Of a stretch of DNA of 64,000 bases, positions 48,156-57,005 are shown in pieces; within the stretch, counting starts at the first letter, position 1, and each line of letters begins with the position of its first letter. The notes beneath the pieces are model-generated. The model was not told where the DNA came from, searched no databases, and saw nothing but the letters and a program-made list of their open reading frames with translations. The stretch spans positions 173,510 to 237,509 of IMG/VR virus record IMGVR_UViG_2974692648_000001; one strand, written 5' to 3'. A program made the translations under genes and the position numbers. The DNA is from a virus. Its lineage: Duplodnaviria > Caudoviricetes.

Positions 48156-48185
48156 GTGGTGGGGTTACACCCACCACTTTTTTTT
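48156..48185 (+). terminator. intrinsic terminator
   Basis: GTGGTGGG...CCCACCAC followed by T8. Confidence 0.85.
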
Positions 48186-48207
48186 CGGCTTTTTATTATA
48201 AATCAGT

Positions 48208-48224
48208 TCTATATTACTAAAGGG
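48208..48224 (+). promoter_or_regulatory. putative phage early promoter
   Basis: TCTATATTACTAAAGGG containing TATTAC. Confidence 0.55.
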
Positions 48225-48257
48225 AAGGACATTAGTGTATCGCGTCAGGAGCTTATT

Positions 48258-48836
48258 ATGAACCACTTTATTGAAACGCTTTTATTCCAACAGTTTTACG
48301 ATAACCTGGATCAATGGTTGGCTTTACGTTTTAAGGCTATTGAAGAAGGGTTGTTAGAACAACCATGTGGACAAGTAGTAAGGTTTAATGAATTAGACGT
48401 TACTTATCAAATCACCCGCCACGGTGTGGTGAGGGTTCATGTGGATTGGCTACAACACCGGGCTTACGGGATGGTGTTTGATTTTCATAAAGACGAACAT
48501 TTAGCGGTAGATTTCTTTAAAGATACTTTTAAAAAATACGTCGGTAAGAAACGAGTTGAGGATGCTAAGTTTAAACTCACCGCTATTGTGAAACACAGTA
48601 TACCGGAAGCGATCATGCGGTCTATGGAATCCGGTACTTTAAAACACTACGAACCAGTGCAAGGTAACTTAGGTACTCCGTTCTCAGCATACGTACAACC
48701 ACGTGTACTGGAACTTGGTGGGGTGGTTTACGAACTTGTGTTTAGTTTCCAAAATTCATTAGGAGGATATGAAGAATGTGTGATGGGCGATCTAGAGGTC
48801 CGAACATGGACCTCGCTTACCGACACCACGTGTTAA
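48258..48836 (+). CDS. hypothetical protein
   Basis: ATG 48258 after AGGAG. Confidence 0.7.
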   Translation: MNHFIETLLFQQFYDNLDQWLALRFKAIEEGLLEQPCGQVVRFNELDVTYQITRHGVVRVHVDWLQHRAYGMVFDFHKDEHLAVDFFKDTFKKYVGKKRVEDAKFKLTAIVKHSIPEAIMRSMESGTLKHYEPVQGNLGTPFSAYVQPRVLELGGVVYELVFSFQNSLGGYEECVMGDLEVRTWTSLTDTTC

Positions 48837-49399
48837 CGTTGTTGAAAGAATTGACTTTCAATTTAGGTCCTGTCTTAACAAGGCGGGTGAACGGTGGGTT
48901 TGCTGAAGAGTCTTACCCCTTGTTTGATTTGAACATCAACGGGGGTCAATGTCAGTGCACTATCTACGGTTTTGGTGACGAGGTAACACTAACCTTGTAT
49001 GGATTGCGATCTCTGCTAGGAGATAATGTCCAAGAAGGTGTTATCTACCGATTCAACGTTAATAACGAAGAAGAAGTAATCGAGGTACAAGATCTGTTAC
49101 GTGATCTATTGGGACCTTACTTTATTAAACACTTGACTCGTGAAACTGAAGAGGAAGCTAATGCTTTGTTCTTCACTCGTGTGAGTGCTATTAAGGATGC
49201 TGGTGCATTTCGTAATCGCAATTGGTTCCGTAAAGAACAGGTCATCGGATTCTTTTACTTAGACGCTTATTTACGTGTAGAACAAGTAGTGATTCGACGA
49301 GGTAAGGGTAGAGGTAGGTGTTATTATCATGTGACACGAACTTCGTTATTAGGTAAAGAGACTAAAGAAGTATTACCTTGTCCTAGAGTCTTAGATTAA
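48806..49399 (+). CDS. hypothetical protein
   Basis: ATG 48806 after GAGG. Confidence 0.65.
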   Translation: MDLAYRHHVLTLLKELTFNLGPVLTRRVNGGFAEESYPLFDLNINGGQCQCTIYGFGDEVTLTLYGLRSLLGDNVQEGVIYRFNVNNEEEVIEVQDLLRDLLGPYFIKHLTRETEEEANALFFTRVSAIKDAGAFRNRNWFRKEQVIGFFYLDAYLRVEQVVIRRGKGRGRCYYHVTRTSLLGKETKEVLPCPRVLD

Positions 49400-49406
49400 G
49401 TAAAGG

Positions 49407-50198
49407 GTGAGTTATATGGACTTAGATGAATTTATTGATCAACATAATTTGGTGGGAGATCTTCTCAACAAAGATATGTTCGATCTTTATCAGAGCCTTC
49501 CTCACTATAGTCGGCCCACGTTTCTATATCCAATTCTTCTATCTAAGATAAAGGAAGATCCGGATTTTGAACTGTGGGAGCGTCACTATCAGTGGGATTT
49601 TATCAAAAAGGGTAAAAGAGGTCAAGGTTTCTTTGAATCCCCTCATCTGTTTATAAGTAGTCACGGTAGAGTGTATAACTCAAAGAGTGGTAACTTTCTC
49701 AAAGGGTCGACGAAAGGAGGTAAAGGTGATTACTTGAGACATAACGATACTATTTCAGGTAGGAACATTCGCATCCATCGTGCCGTCGCATGCATGTTTG
49801 TAGGTAACTATACAAACAAACCTTTAACTAAGTTGCTGGTCAATCATAAAGACCTAGATAAACAACATAATTTCTTTGCTAACCTCGAGTGGTGTACTCA
49901 AAAAGGTAACACTCACCACGCTATAGATGAACTAGGTAGCTTCTCTGTTCCTCGGGTTTATTACCTTTGTGAAGTTGTTAAAGGGGGTCAATTCCTCAAC
50001 CACAAATTCATCATTTCAGGTGAAGTTGATTGTAAGAAGTACCGGATGACTCATGCTTATTTAGCGGCTAAAGATGAAAATAAAACTTGCAATAACTGTA
50101 AAGTGGAGGTAATCGATAAGAGTGAAGTCGATGATAGGTTATTAATTAAAAACCAATCTAATCGATTCAAAGGTTGGTTAAAGAAACCTAAAAGATAA
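49407..50198 (+). CDS. free-standing HNH homing endonuclease (NUMOD4/I-HmuI-like)
   Basis: ISSHGRV, IHRAVA..F, VNHKD..K..N...NLEWCT.K.N..HA. Confidence 0.88.
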   Translation: MSYMDLDEFIDQHNLVGDLLNKDMFDLYQSLPHYSRPTFLYPILLSKIKEDPDFELWERHYQWDFIKKGKRGQGFFESPHLFISSHGRVYNSKSGNFLKGSTKGGKGDYLRHNDTISGRNIRIHRAVACMFVGNYTNKPLTKLLVNHKDLDKQHNFFANLEWCTQKGNTHHAIDELGSFSVPRVYYLCEVVKGGQFLNHKFIISGEVDCKKYRMTHAYLAAKDENKTCNNCKVEVIDKSEVDDRLLIKNQSNRFKGWLKKPKR

Positions 50199-50347
50199 TT
50201 AAAAACTAAGTGACATGTATTATATGTTACAAAACCTTTTTACCCCATTTTTATTGAACGGTTACTTTGTACTCTAAAATCTTGTTATTTTACCTGTTTT
50301 TTCATCGTTATTTTCACCCCTAAAAGTGAAAGGCGATGGGGAGAAAG

Positions 50348-50425
50348 AGGGGCAAGGTGATAGGGGCAAGGTGATAGGGGTGTCAAGGTTGAGTGGGTGT
50401 CAAGGTTAGTTGGTTCAAGTTAGTT
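50348..50425 (+). repeat. iteron-like tandem direct repeats
   Basis: AGGGGCAAGGTGAT x2, GGGTGTCAAGGTT x2, degenerate TCAAGTTAGTT; followed by a 27-nt pure A/T tract at 50449-50475. Confidence 0.75.
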
Positions 50426-50651
50426 AAAAGATTCGGGCAAAGCCCAAGATAATTAATATTAATATATTAATATATCTAACTATAGAGTATGACTTCCTTA
50501 CAACGTAACGAGTATCACGAGTGAAGTGGTTAAGGTAAAGAGTCATACGTTAAAGGTATAGATACATAGTAGGATGTCCGTTAAGGAGTCCTACTAGGGT
50601 TTATACTGCTTTTTAAATATTTAAGTTAAGATTAATTAAGGTTATTAGACC

Positions 50652-51044
50652 ATGCAAGAAAAAGAAGTATTAGCGGGATTAGTAAGTAGAGCGTTGCATT
50701 TAGGAGTAGGGTTAGTACTAGAAGACGGAGATCATAAAGTACTGCTTAAGACTTACGAGATCCGTAATAAGTTAAAGCCACCGTATTATCGCTTAGAGGT
50801 TCACCTAGAGCGAATAGGAGAGCGTTATAGGTTACGTACCGTAGGGTTAGTTAAACTAGGGTATAGTGATATGACGTTAGACTATGGGTTAGGAGAACGA
50901 GTAGAGTTAAATACGTTCGGGGATTTAGATAAGGGCAGTTTAATTAGCTTTATAGGTAGCAGAGCACTAGACTTTATCGATTTACCCATTATCCACAATA
51001 ATGAATTAATCTTACATTACAACGTACCACCTATTAAGTTATAA
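50652..51044 (+). CDS. hypothetical protein
   Basis: AAGG RBS, 130 aa. Confidence 0.6.
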   Translation: MQEKEVLAGLVSRALHLGVGLVLEDGDHKVLLKTYEIRNKLKPPYYRLEVHLERIGERYRLRTVGLVKLGYSDMTLDYGLGERVELNTFGDLDKGSLISFIGSRALDFIDLPIIHNNELILHYNVPPIKL

Positions 51045-51061
51045 GACTAGGAGTAACTAAC

Positions 51062-51532
51062 ATGAATGCAGTAAATCGAGTTAAAGTGAGTAAAGCGCTA
51101 ATCCCGGTGATCTTAGGTTGGGTAGAACTTGCTACCTTTACAGACGCTAAGCGATTAAAGACCAAACACCAAGGACATAAGGTTATAGCGAGCATTACGT
51201 TGCCTTGGGATAAAGATAAACAAATAGTCGTAAAAGTATTGTCAGTAGACTCCGTAAGTTTTACAGTCGTCGTAGAAGGTATGGTTTACGTAGATCGCAC
51301 TGGGATCTGTTTAAACGTGATGAATGAAGACGTACTATTTAACGAAGCGTATGAAGCTCTAAGAAGACGAGCTGAAGGTTACTTAGACGTTTTACACCAC
51401 TTAGCCAAAGAAACGCCGGAGTTATTACCAGAGCTTAGCTTCGAAGTAACGGATAGACACTTTACCGTTACGCATAAAACTATCCAAGATATCGGACTAG
51501 CTTTTCCTATTAACAAAAAACGAGAGTTTTAA
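51062..51532 (+). CDS. hypothetical protein (paralog family)
   Basis: AGGAG RBS; LPW and V..EG motifs shared with 51536..52579. Confidence 0.7.
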   Translation: MNAVNRVKVSKALIPVILGWVELATFTDAKRLKTKHQGHKVIASITLPWDKDKQIVVKVLSVDSVSFTVVVEGMVYVDRTGICLNVMNEDVLFNEAYEALRRRAEGYLDVLHHLAKETPELLPELSFEVTDRHFTVTHKTIQDIGLAFPINKKREF

Positions 51533-51535
51533 ATC

Positions 51536-52579
51536 ATGAACTTAGTGACAAAATCTAAATTACAATTAGCTTTGGGATCGTTAGTAAAAGAGTGGTTACA
51601 ACACGCTCCTCGGGTCAGTGCTGCGAAACCGTTAGGGGAAGACTTGCTTATCGCTAAGTTTAAACTTCCTTGGGGGAACGACACGGTACTCATTAAAGCG
51701 ATAGCACGAACACGGAATGGTTGTACGATCGTTACCGAAGGTTTACGTCATCTGAATCTCGTTAACGTTTCCGGTAGAGTGGTTTACGCTCCTATATCCA
51801 GTGACCTTAATGATGGTTGGAAAAAGCAAACAGCATTTACTGTTTGTGATGACTCTTATCAAGAAAACATGGAGTTGGTTGGAGATCTGCACCGACACAC
51901 ACTCATGGAGCTAATCAGTGAAAATAAACTGGAGATAGCTGACATCACTTTAGAACATTGTGATAATGAAATAAAGATCGGAACCAAAGGAGGGGAGTGT
52001 ACATTTAGAACTTCTTTGGATTCACACATGACACGAGGTAGAGAAGACTATAGTGTACATGGTCAAGTCTTAATACAACGAGAGTGTTTGGCTAAGACTC
52101 TCCTTAATAAAGCGTTATACGAACTCCCAGACATCTTAGAACGGTTAATATTGAAACCGTTACCGGGTCCTCGGTTAACACCTAAACGAGAGCGTATCAT
52201 CAAACTCCCGATAAGTAACGTTACCCAATACACACTTCACTTAGAATACCGTCGTGAATTAATTTACTTGGTCCTAGATACCAGTGAAGGGTTAATGGAA
52301 TTCCTAGTTCCCCGAGAATACCTAGTTCGACAACGTTGGGTAAGAGATCTAGTGACCCATCTGAAGCACACTTTCTTACTCAGTAGACACATCGACTTAA
52401 AGGAGGCGTATCGTCTCTGTAAGGAGCTAGAAACCCTTAATAATGATTATGGTAGTATATCAGTCGATGAAGACAACGAAACGGCTCTGGTGAACGTACA
52501 CGAGCATTTATTACCATACCACCAAAAACGTGTTTTCGAGTTCACGACTAAAATCGAAAGCAAACCACTTAAATTTTAA
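51536..52579 (+). CDS. hypothetical protein (paralog family)
   Basis: 347 aa; SKL.L....LVK.W N-terminus shared with neighbours. Confidence 0.7.
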   Translation: MNLVTKSKLQLALGSLVKEWLQHAPRVSAAKPLGEDLLIAKFKLPWGNDTVLIKAIARTRNGCTIVTEGLRHLNLVNVSGRVVYAPISSDLNDGWKKQTAFTVCDDSYQENMELVGDLHRHTLMELISENKLEIADITLEHCDNEIKIGTKGGECTFRTSLDSHMTRGREDYSVHGQVLIQRECLAKTLLNKALYELPDILERLILKPLPGPRLTPKRERIIKLPISNVTQYTLHLEYRRELIYLVLDTSEGLMEFLVPREYLVRQRWVRDLVTHLKHTFLLSRHIDLKEAYRLCKELETLNNDYGSISVDEDNETALVNVHEHLLPYHQKRVFEFTTKIESKPLKF

Positions 52580-52610
52580 TTCAACCGCACCTAAAGAAGG
52601 AAACTCAATC

Positions 52611-53630
52611 ATGTTCTGTCAACAACCAGAAAAACTATCTCAAGCTAAACTTAACTTCATCACTCGTCCATTGGTAAAACACTGGATCCTAGAAGCACAC
52701 CGTATTGTCAAAGAACCCGGGTTTGTCGGTAAAATAGTGGTGGGTGCGTGTGGATACAGACACCAAGATATCATCATTAAGGTCGAAGCTATCGACGATA
52801 AACCAGATCATTACTTGATGACCGCTATGAACATTCCTTTCATGAACGGTGATTGGGAAGTGGAAGTCCATAAACACGTTAGCCTCCCAACCCAGCGTAT
52901 CCCAGAGATTAACGAGATCCTGGACTCTGTGACAACCTTCGGGGAGTGTGAGTTATTGAACCTAGCCATAACCAACCCATCTGGTCTAGCCGAAATAGGG
53001 ATTAACATCTATGACAACAATAGTGCGATACACCGCTTAGACCCTAAAGTTTTCAATGTTCATTATCAGGGCATCGGATACCCGCTAAGTATTAATGAAC
53101 CTGAGACTTACCCAGAGTCCGAGATGACTTACGATGAAACCATTTTGGAAACACGGGTCGCGATAGCTGAAATCATCTCTGCTGAGGTAGCTCGTTACCT
53201 ACCTTATGAAGTTGAGCAAGCTTTGATGAAGAATCAGATCTTGTTTGGTGATGATCGATACCACCCAGTAGTTTTAGTTAACGTTCCCGTACACCAGAAC
53301 GCTGGGTTCTCGGTCGTGCTGGATTACAACGGTGAGCACTTTAGCTTGTTTATTAACTTAGTTAACGGTCATCGTGAAAAGTTTGACTTAGCACTTAATC
53401 ACGTTGAACGCAATGAGCAACTTCATGAGATCAGTGGTTGGATTCGTGGAATGTGTCGTACAACCGAACGTCAGTTCGAACTCATTACTGAGTGTTATGA
53501 CCGAGTTCGTAGTCAACCGACTCATTACGGTCGACTAGATAAAAATTCAGAAACAGGTGAAATCAATTTGTTCTTGGATAAAGATCTCTTTACAAGGGAC
53601 ATTCGTGTGCTACTCGTACCGGGCAAATAA
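52611..53630 (+). CDS. hypothetical protein (paralog family)
   Basis: ATG 52611 after AAGGA; AKLNF..RPLVKHW. Confidence 0.7.
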   Translation: MFCQQPEKLSQAKLNFITRPLVKHWILEAHRIVKEPGFVGKIVVGACGYRHQDIIIKVEAIDDKPDHYLMTAMNIPFMNGDWEVEVHKHVSLPTQRIPEINEILDSVTTFGECELLNLAITNPSGLAEIGINIYDNNSAIHRLDPKVFNVHYQGIGYPLSINEPETYPESEMTYDETILETRVAIAEIISAEVARYLPYEVEQALMKNQILFGDDRYHPVVLVNVPVHQNAGFSVVLDYNGEHFSLFINLVNGHREKFDLALNHVERNEQLHEISGWIRGMCRTTERQFELITECYDRVRSQPTHYGRLDKNSETGEINLFLDKDLFTRDIRVLLVPGK

Positions 53631-53666
53631 CATAAATTAAATTAAACGTCAGTTGGACCAAGGAAA

Positions 53667-54011
53667 ATGGAAAAACATAATTACCAAGAAATGGCTTTGT
53701 CGTTAGTAGAACAAACTATTAGCGAAGGTAAAGGTGAGGTGTTAACACAAGAAGGTAAAGTTACCCTGATACTAGAAGGTAACGACCTGCACCTCATCGT
53801 CAATGAAATCGTACACCGTTATAACGGGCTACGCCTGCTGGACCGAAAGGGTCTGGCAGGTTCCATAGAACGAGTGCTTAGCTTAACTTTAAAGGTACCT
53901 GACTTAGAACAAGAAGCTCAGGTATTATTCGATTTAGATCGTGGGACGTTTTGGTTAGATCCCCTTAAGCGCGTCATCACCAACTACTTGCTAAACAGGA
54001 AAGTAGCATGA
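53667..54011 (+). CDS. hypothetical protein
   Basis: AAGGA RBS, 114 aa. Confidence 0.65.
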   Translation: MEKHNYQEMALSLVEQTISEGKGEVLTQEGKVTLILEGNDLHLIVNEIVHRYNGLRLLDRKGLAGSIERVLSLTLKVPDLEQEAQVLFDLDRGTFWLDPLKRVITNYLLNRKVA

Positions 54012-54961
54012 ATACCAAATTGGTTAATCTGGGTTTAAAGAGTTTATTTCAACACGCTTTACACTCAATCCCTACCATTATCAAAAGTGACTACTCGAAA
54101 GCCATGGAGCATGAACTTTACTCGGTAAAGATGCCTGACGGCATTTGGGTGTCGCTGTCGTTTTATTGGAAAGAAGGTGATACGATCACGATCACCACTA
54201 AAGGAATGACTCGCATCAAGCAAAGGGATTTTACATTTGACTATAATCCGAAATACGGTCATGACTTTGAAAAGCTCATCCCGTATCCATGGAATAAACG
54301 AGTTTCCGGTGGGATTATACGCAATTTCCTAAAAGCGGCGGAAACTTACAATTTCGATACACGACTAACTAAGGACGCGGAAGGAAAATACATTCGTTAT
54401 TCGATGTCGTGTCCTTTGGTTCCTAGTTTGTCATTTGAACCTAATCCAAGCTTGGTGTATGAACCCCACAAACTGTTAGTGTCTGTAAAAGAAAAACTTT
54501 ACTTGTTGTTGGTGAAGGTAGCACTTGGAGATCTAGAGAAATACGTGGAACATGAGATTGCTACTCAAGCGCATCTAAATGAACTAGGTAAACCTCTGCT
54601 GGATTTCCCTCACATCCAAGGTGACCGCTTGCAAATGGGATTAAGACAATACGGTAACCCCACCCTACGATTTGTAATCCCTTTGCCTTCTGGTGATGAT
54701 CTGACCTACCTGGTTCCTGCATCTCAAGAAGATCGCGTAGAGTGGTACAAGCACATCACGGAGATTGTTTACGAAGAATTAGAATCTTTCGATCATGCTC
54801 CAATTTGTCGTGTGTTAAAGGAGCACTACTATAACACGAACAATGATCTGTTAACTTTCAAACCAACACCCCATGATAACGTTTGGGCGATGACCATTAA
54901 TCAGTCATTAATGCCGTGGGGAAGTGAAAGTACTCGTCAGTTCCCTTACATGATCAAATAA
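54008..54961 (+). CDS. hypothetical protein
   Basis: AGGA RBS, ATGA overlap, 317 aa. Confidence 0.7.
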   Translation: MNTKLVNLGLKSLFQHALHSIPTIIKSDYSKAMEHELYSVKMPDGIWVSLSFYWKEGDTITITTKGMTRIKQRDFTFDYNPKYGHDFEKLIPYPWNKRVSGGIIRNFLKAAETYNFDTRLTKDAEGKYIRYSMSCPLVPSLSFEPNPSLVYEPHKLLVSVKEKLYLLLVKVALGDLEKYVEHEIATQAHLNELGKPLLDFPHIQGDRLQMGLRQYGNPTLRFVIPLPSGDDLTYLVPASQEDRVEWYKHITEIVYEELESFDHAPICRVLKEHYYNTNNDLLTFKPTPHDNVWAMTINQSLMPWGSESTRQFPYMIK

Positions 54962-54965
54962 GTCC

Positions 54966-54992
54966 CTAGGAGCTCCTTAGAGGAGCTCCTAG
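54966..54992. repeat. intergenic inverted repeat (possible terminator)
   Basis: CTAGGAGCTCCT-TAG-AGGAGCTCCTAG; no clear T tail. Confidence 0.6.
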
Positions 54993-55056
54993 TTCATCAT
55001 CCAACACATAACACCGATTTACTTTAATTAAGCTCTTAGAGCCTTAAGGAACCATT

Positions 55057-55815
55057 ATGAACGAACAATGTCCTTTCACTTTACACATGGGTTATAACCG
55101 ACATGGATTACCTATCCCCCACCCACCTTCAAGTATCCACACGTTTGAATCTCGTTTAGAGATGATGTCTAAGTTGGCTTTCGCTTATCGAAGCTTTGAT
55201 AATGCGTTCCAATGGATTATTGATGTTTCTAATCAACTCCATCAAGACCGTGCTCAATCGTGGGACTTTGCTCATAAAAACCACCTCCTAATTTCTCCCA
55301 ACAATTACGATAACCGCCAGTTTTCAATCGAACACCATAACCGTAAACGCAGTAGCATCACCATAACGGAATCTTACAATAAACTGAATCCTGACTTTTC
55401 ATTTAAGCTGGAATTCAGAGAAGGTAGTGGATACGAACTCACTTGGGATTTACCTTGGGGTTTGTTTAAAAACCGGAACAACGAAGAGTGGTTTCATAAA
55501 CGTCACTTTAATTTCAAGTTCAACACGTTAACTGAACCTGGTATCAAAGCCATGGTGAAAACTATCACTCAACACATGTGGTTAGATCGTTTTAACGTAG
55601 ATAAAGAATTCGAAGCTTTCATGCACGTGGTGAGTCCCCGTCCTAAGTTTAACTGGTTTAAATCAGAGCACACTATCACCAGACCTTCTATCATCAATGA
55701 TGATTGCATGGAGTCGGAGTTGATCATCACTCGTGTTCCTTTAAGACGAGATGTGGTTACTTTACGTGGTACTTATAACGAACTCAGTGGTCTTAAGACA
55801 CACTTCATATTCTAA
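55057..55815 (+). CDS. hypothetical protein
   Basis: AAGGA RBS, 252 aa. Confidence 0.7.
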   Translation: MNEQCPFTLHMGYNRHGLPIPHPPSSIHTFESRLEMMSKLAFAYRSFDNAFQWIIDVSNQLHQDRAQSWDFAHKNHLLISPNNYDNRQFSIEHHNRKRSSITITESYNKLNPDFSFKLEFREGSGYELTWDLPWGLFKNRNNEEWFHKRHFNFKFNTLTEPGIKAMVKTITQHMWLDRFNVDKEFEAFMHVVSPRPKFNWFKSEHTITRPSIINDDCMESELIITRVPLRRDVVTLRGTYNELSGLKTHFIF

Positions 55816-55905
55816 AGTTATTTTTCTAACGGACAATATATTATATGTACTAAACTAAATCCGTCGAAGACCCCCTAGAAAGGATGGGAAAGGGTTATTT
55901 TTGCA

Positions 55906-56020
55906 TACGAGTTATAGTAGTACTCCTTAGAGTGATCTATGAGGTACGAATAGTCACGGTGAGTGTTGTAGTACGAAGTACGTAAACACGATAAAAGGAG
56001 TGTACTACGTATAACGAGTA
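55906..56020 (+). other. branched structured non-coding element
   Basis: GTTATA/TATAAC, GTAGTAC/GTACTAC, ACTCCTT/AAGGAGT outer stem with two inner hairpins. Confidence 0.6.
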
Positions 56021-56076
56021 ATGTGATGTACGAGTCCATGTAATAGGGAAATGATCTAGTAGAAAAGAATTTTGGT

Positions 56077-56093
56077 TCTATATTACTTTAGGG
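56077..56093 (+). promoter_or_regulatory. putative phage early promoter
   Basis: TCTATATTACTTTAGGG containing TATTAC. Confidence 0.55.
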
Positions 56094-56152
56094 TAAATAA
56101 AACTGGATCATGTAAGTTATTAGTAAATAACGTTAGTAGGAGTAATTAGGAC

Positions 56153-56932
56153 ATGAGTAAAAGAATTCAACAGATAAAGAATACCAGCTTACACCATTTA
56201 CACGGAATGATCGTTACCGCTAAAGGTAAGCCTTATCGTCAAAACAACATTACGTTTACCGTAAAGGGGAACAAACAAGTACGTTTAACTCGAGCTCAAT
56301 TTTGGTTAGAACATTTAACTAAGCTACGAGAAGGGTTTCCCATCCATTTAGTGGACCAAGCGGAAGAGTTTCATTTCAAAGAAGTCTTATTACCGACTTA
56401 CGAAGACTACGTGGTGTTCGCTCCTTACGTTACTAAGGTGATCAGTTGGGAGGGATTGAACTTATACATCTTACCAGGGTTCTTAGGGAACGCTGTGGCG
56501 GAAGATGGTAAGATCTACGAGCTATACGTGGATGAAAGAGCGAAGCAGTGGTATTGGGGTGAGATCTATCCTAATCAAAACCAATGTTACGATTTGATCA
56601 ACAGTATCGATGGAGATATGTTAGAAGTTAGCACGGATGACATCATCTATTTGTTGAAGTCGTCAGTCGTTACTGGGGATGATTTGAGTGACTACTACGC
56701 TAAGCGTGTAGTGAATCGTCGAGCTGAAGTAGCGTTAGAAGACGGTTGGGTGGATATCGATCCAAAAGACATTCAATCACCAGATCACGTAGCTGCGTTG
56801 AAACACGCTGAAAAAGACAACATGTTAGTCAGAATAGAAGTGAAACCTAAAACCGTCGGAGAGGCTTTCTTGCAAGCTTATCGCCGAGGTGGTTTCGAAG
56901 CACTTCCTTGGGAAGGTCGAATGGCCTCCTAA
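56153..56932 (+). CDS. hypothetical protein (weak NUMOD4-like segment)
   Basis: AGGA RBS; LPGFLGNAVAEDGKIY segment; no intact HNH motif. Confidence 0.65.
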   Translation: MSKRIQQIKNTSLHHLHGMIVTAKGKPYRQNNITFTVKGNKQVRLTRAQFWLEHLTKLREGFPIHLVDQAEEFHFKEVLLPTYEDYVVFAPYVTKVISWEGLNLYILPGFLGNAVAEDGKIYELYVDERAKQWYWGEIYPNQNQCYDLINSIDGDMLEVSTDDIIYLLKSSVVTGDDLSDYYAKRVVNRRAEVALEDGWVDIDPKDIQSPDHVAALKHAEKDNMLVRIEVKPKTVGEAFLQAYRRGGFEALPWEGRMAS

Positions 56933-56938
56933 CCTTAC

Positions 56939-56972
56939 GCCCTACTTGCTTAACGGCAAGTAGGGTTATTTC
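56939..56972 (+). terminator. intrinsic terminator
   Basis: GCCCTACTTGC-ttaacg-GCAAGTAGGGT followed by TATTT. Confidence 0.7.
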
Positions 56973-57005
56973 TACAAACTCAATATAAATCATTAAGGAT
57001 TAATT

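Noticed and set aside
50348-50425. CRISPR array
   Set aside because: Repeats are 13-14 nt and abutting, with no spacers and no cas genes
56153-56932. Second active HNH endonuclease
   Set aside because: Only a weak NUMOD4-like segment; no H-N-H catalytic motif
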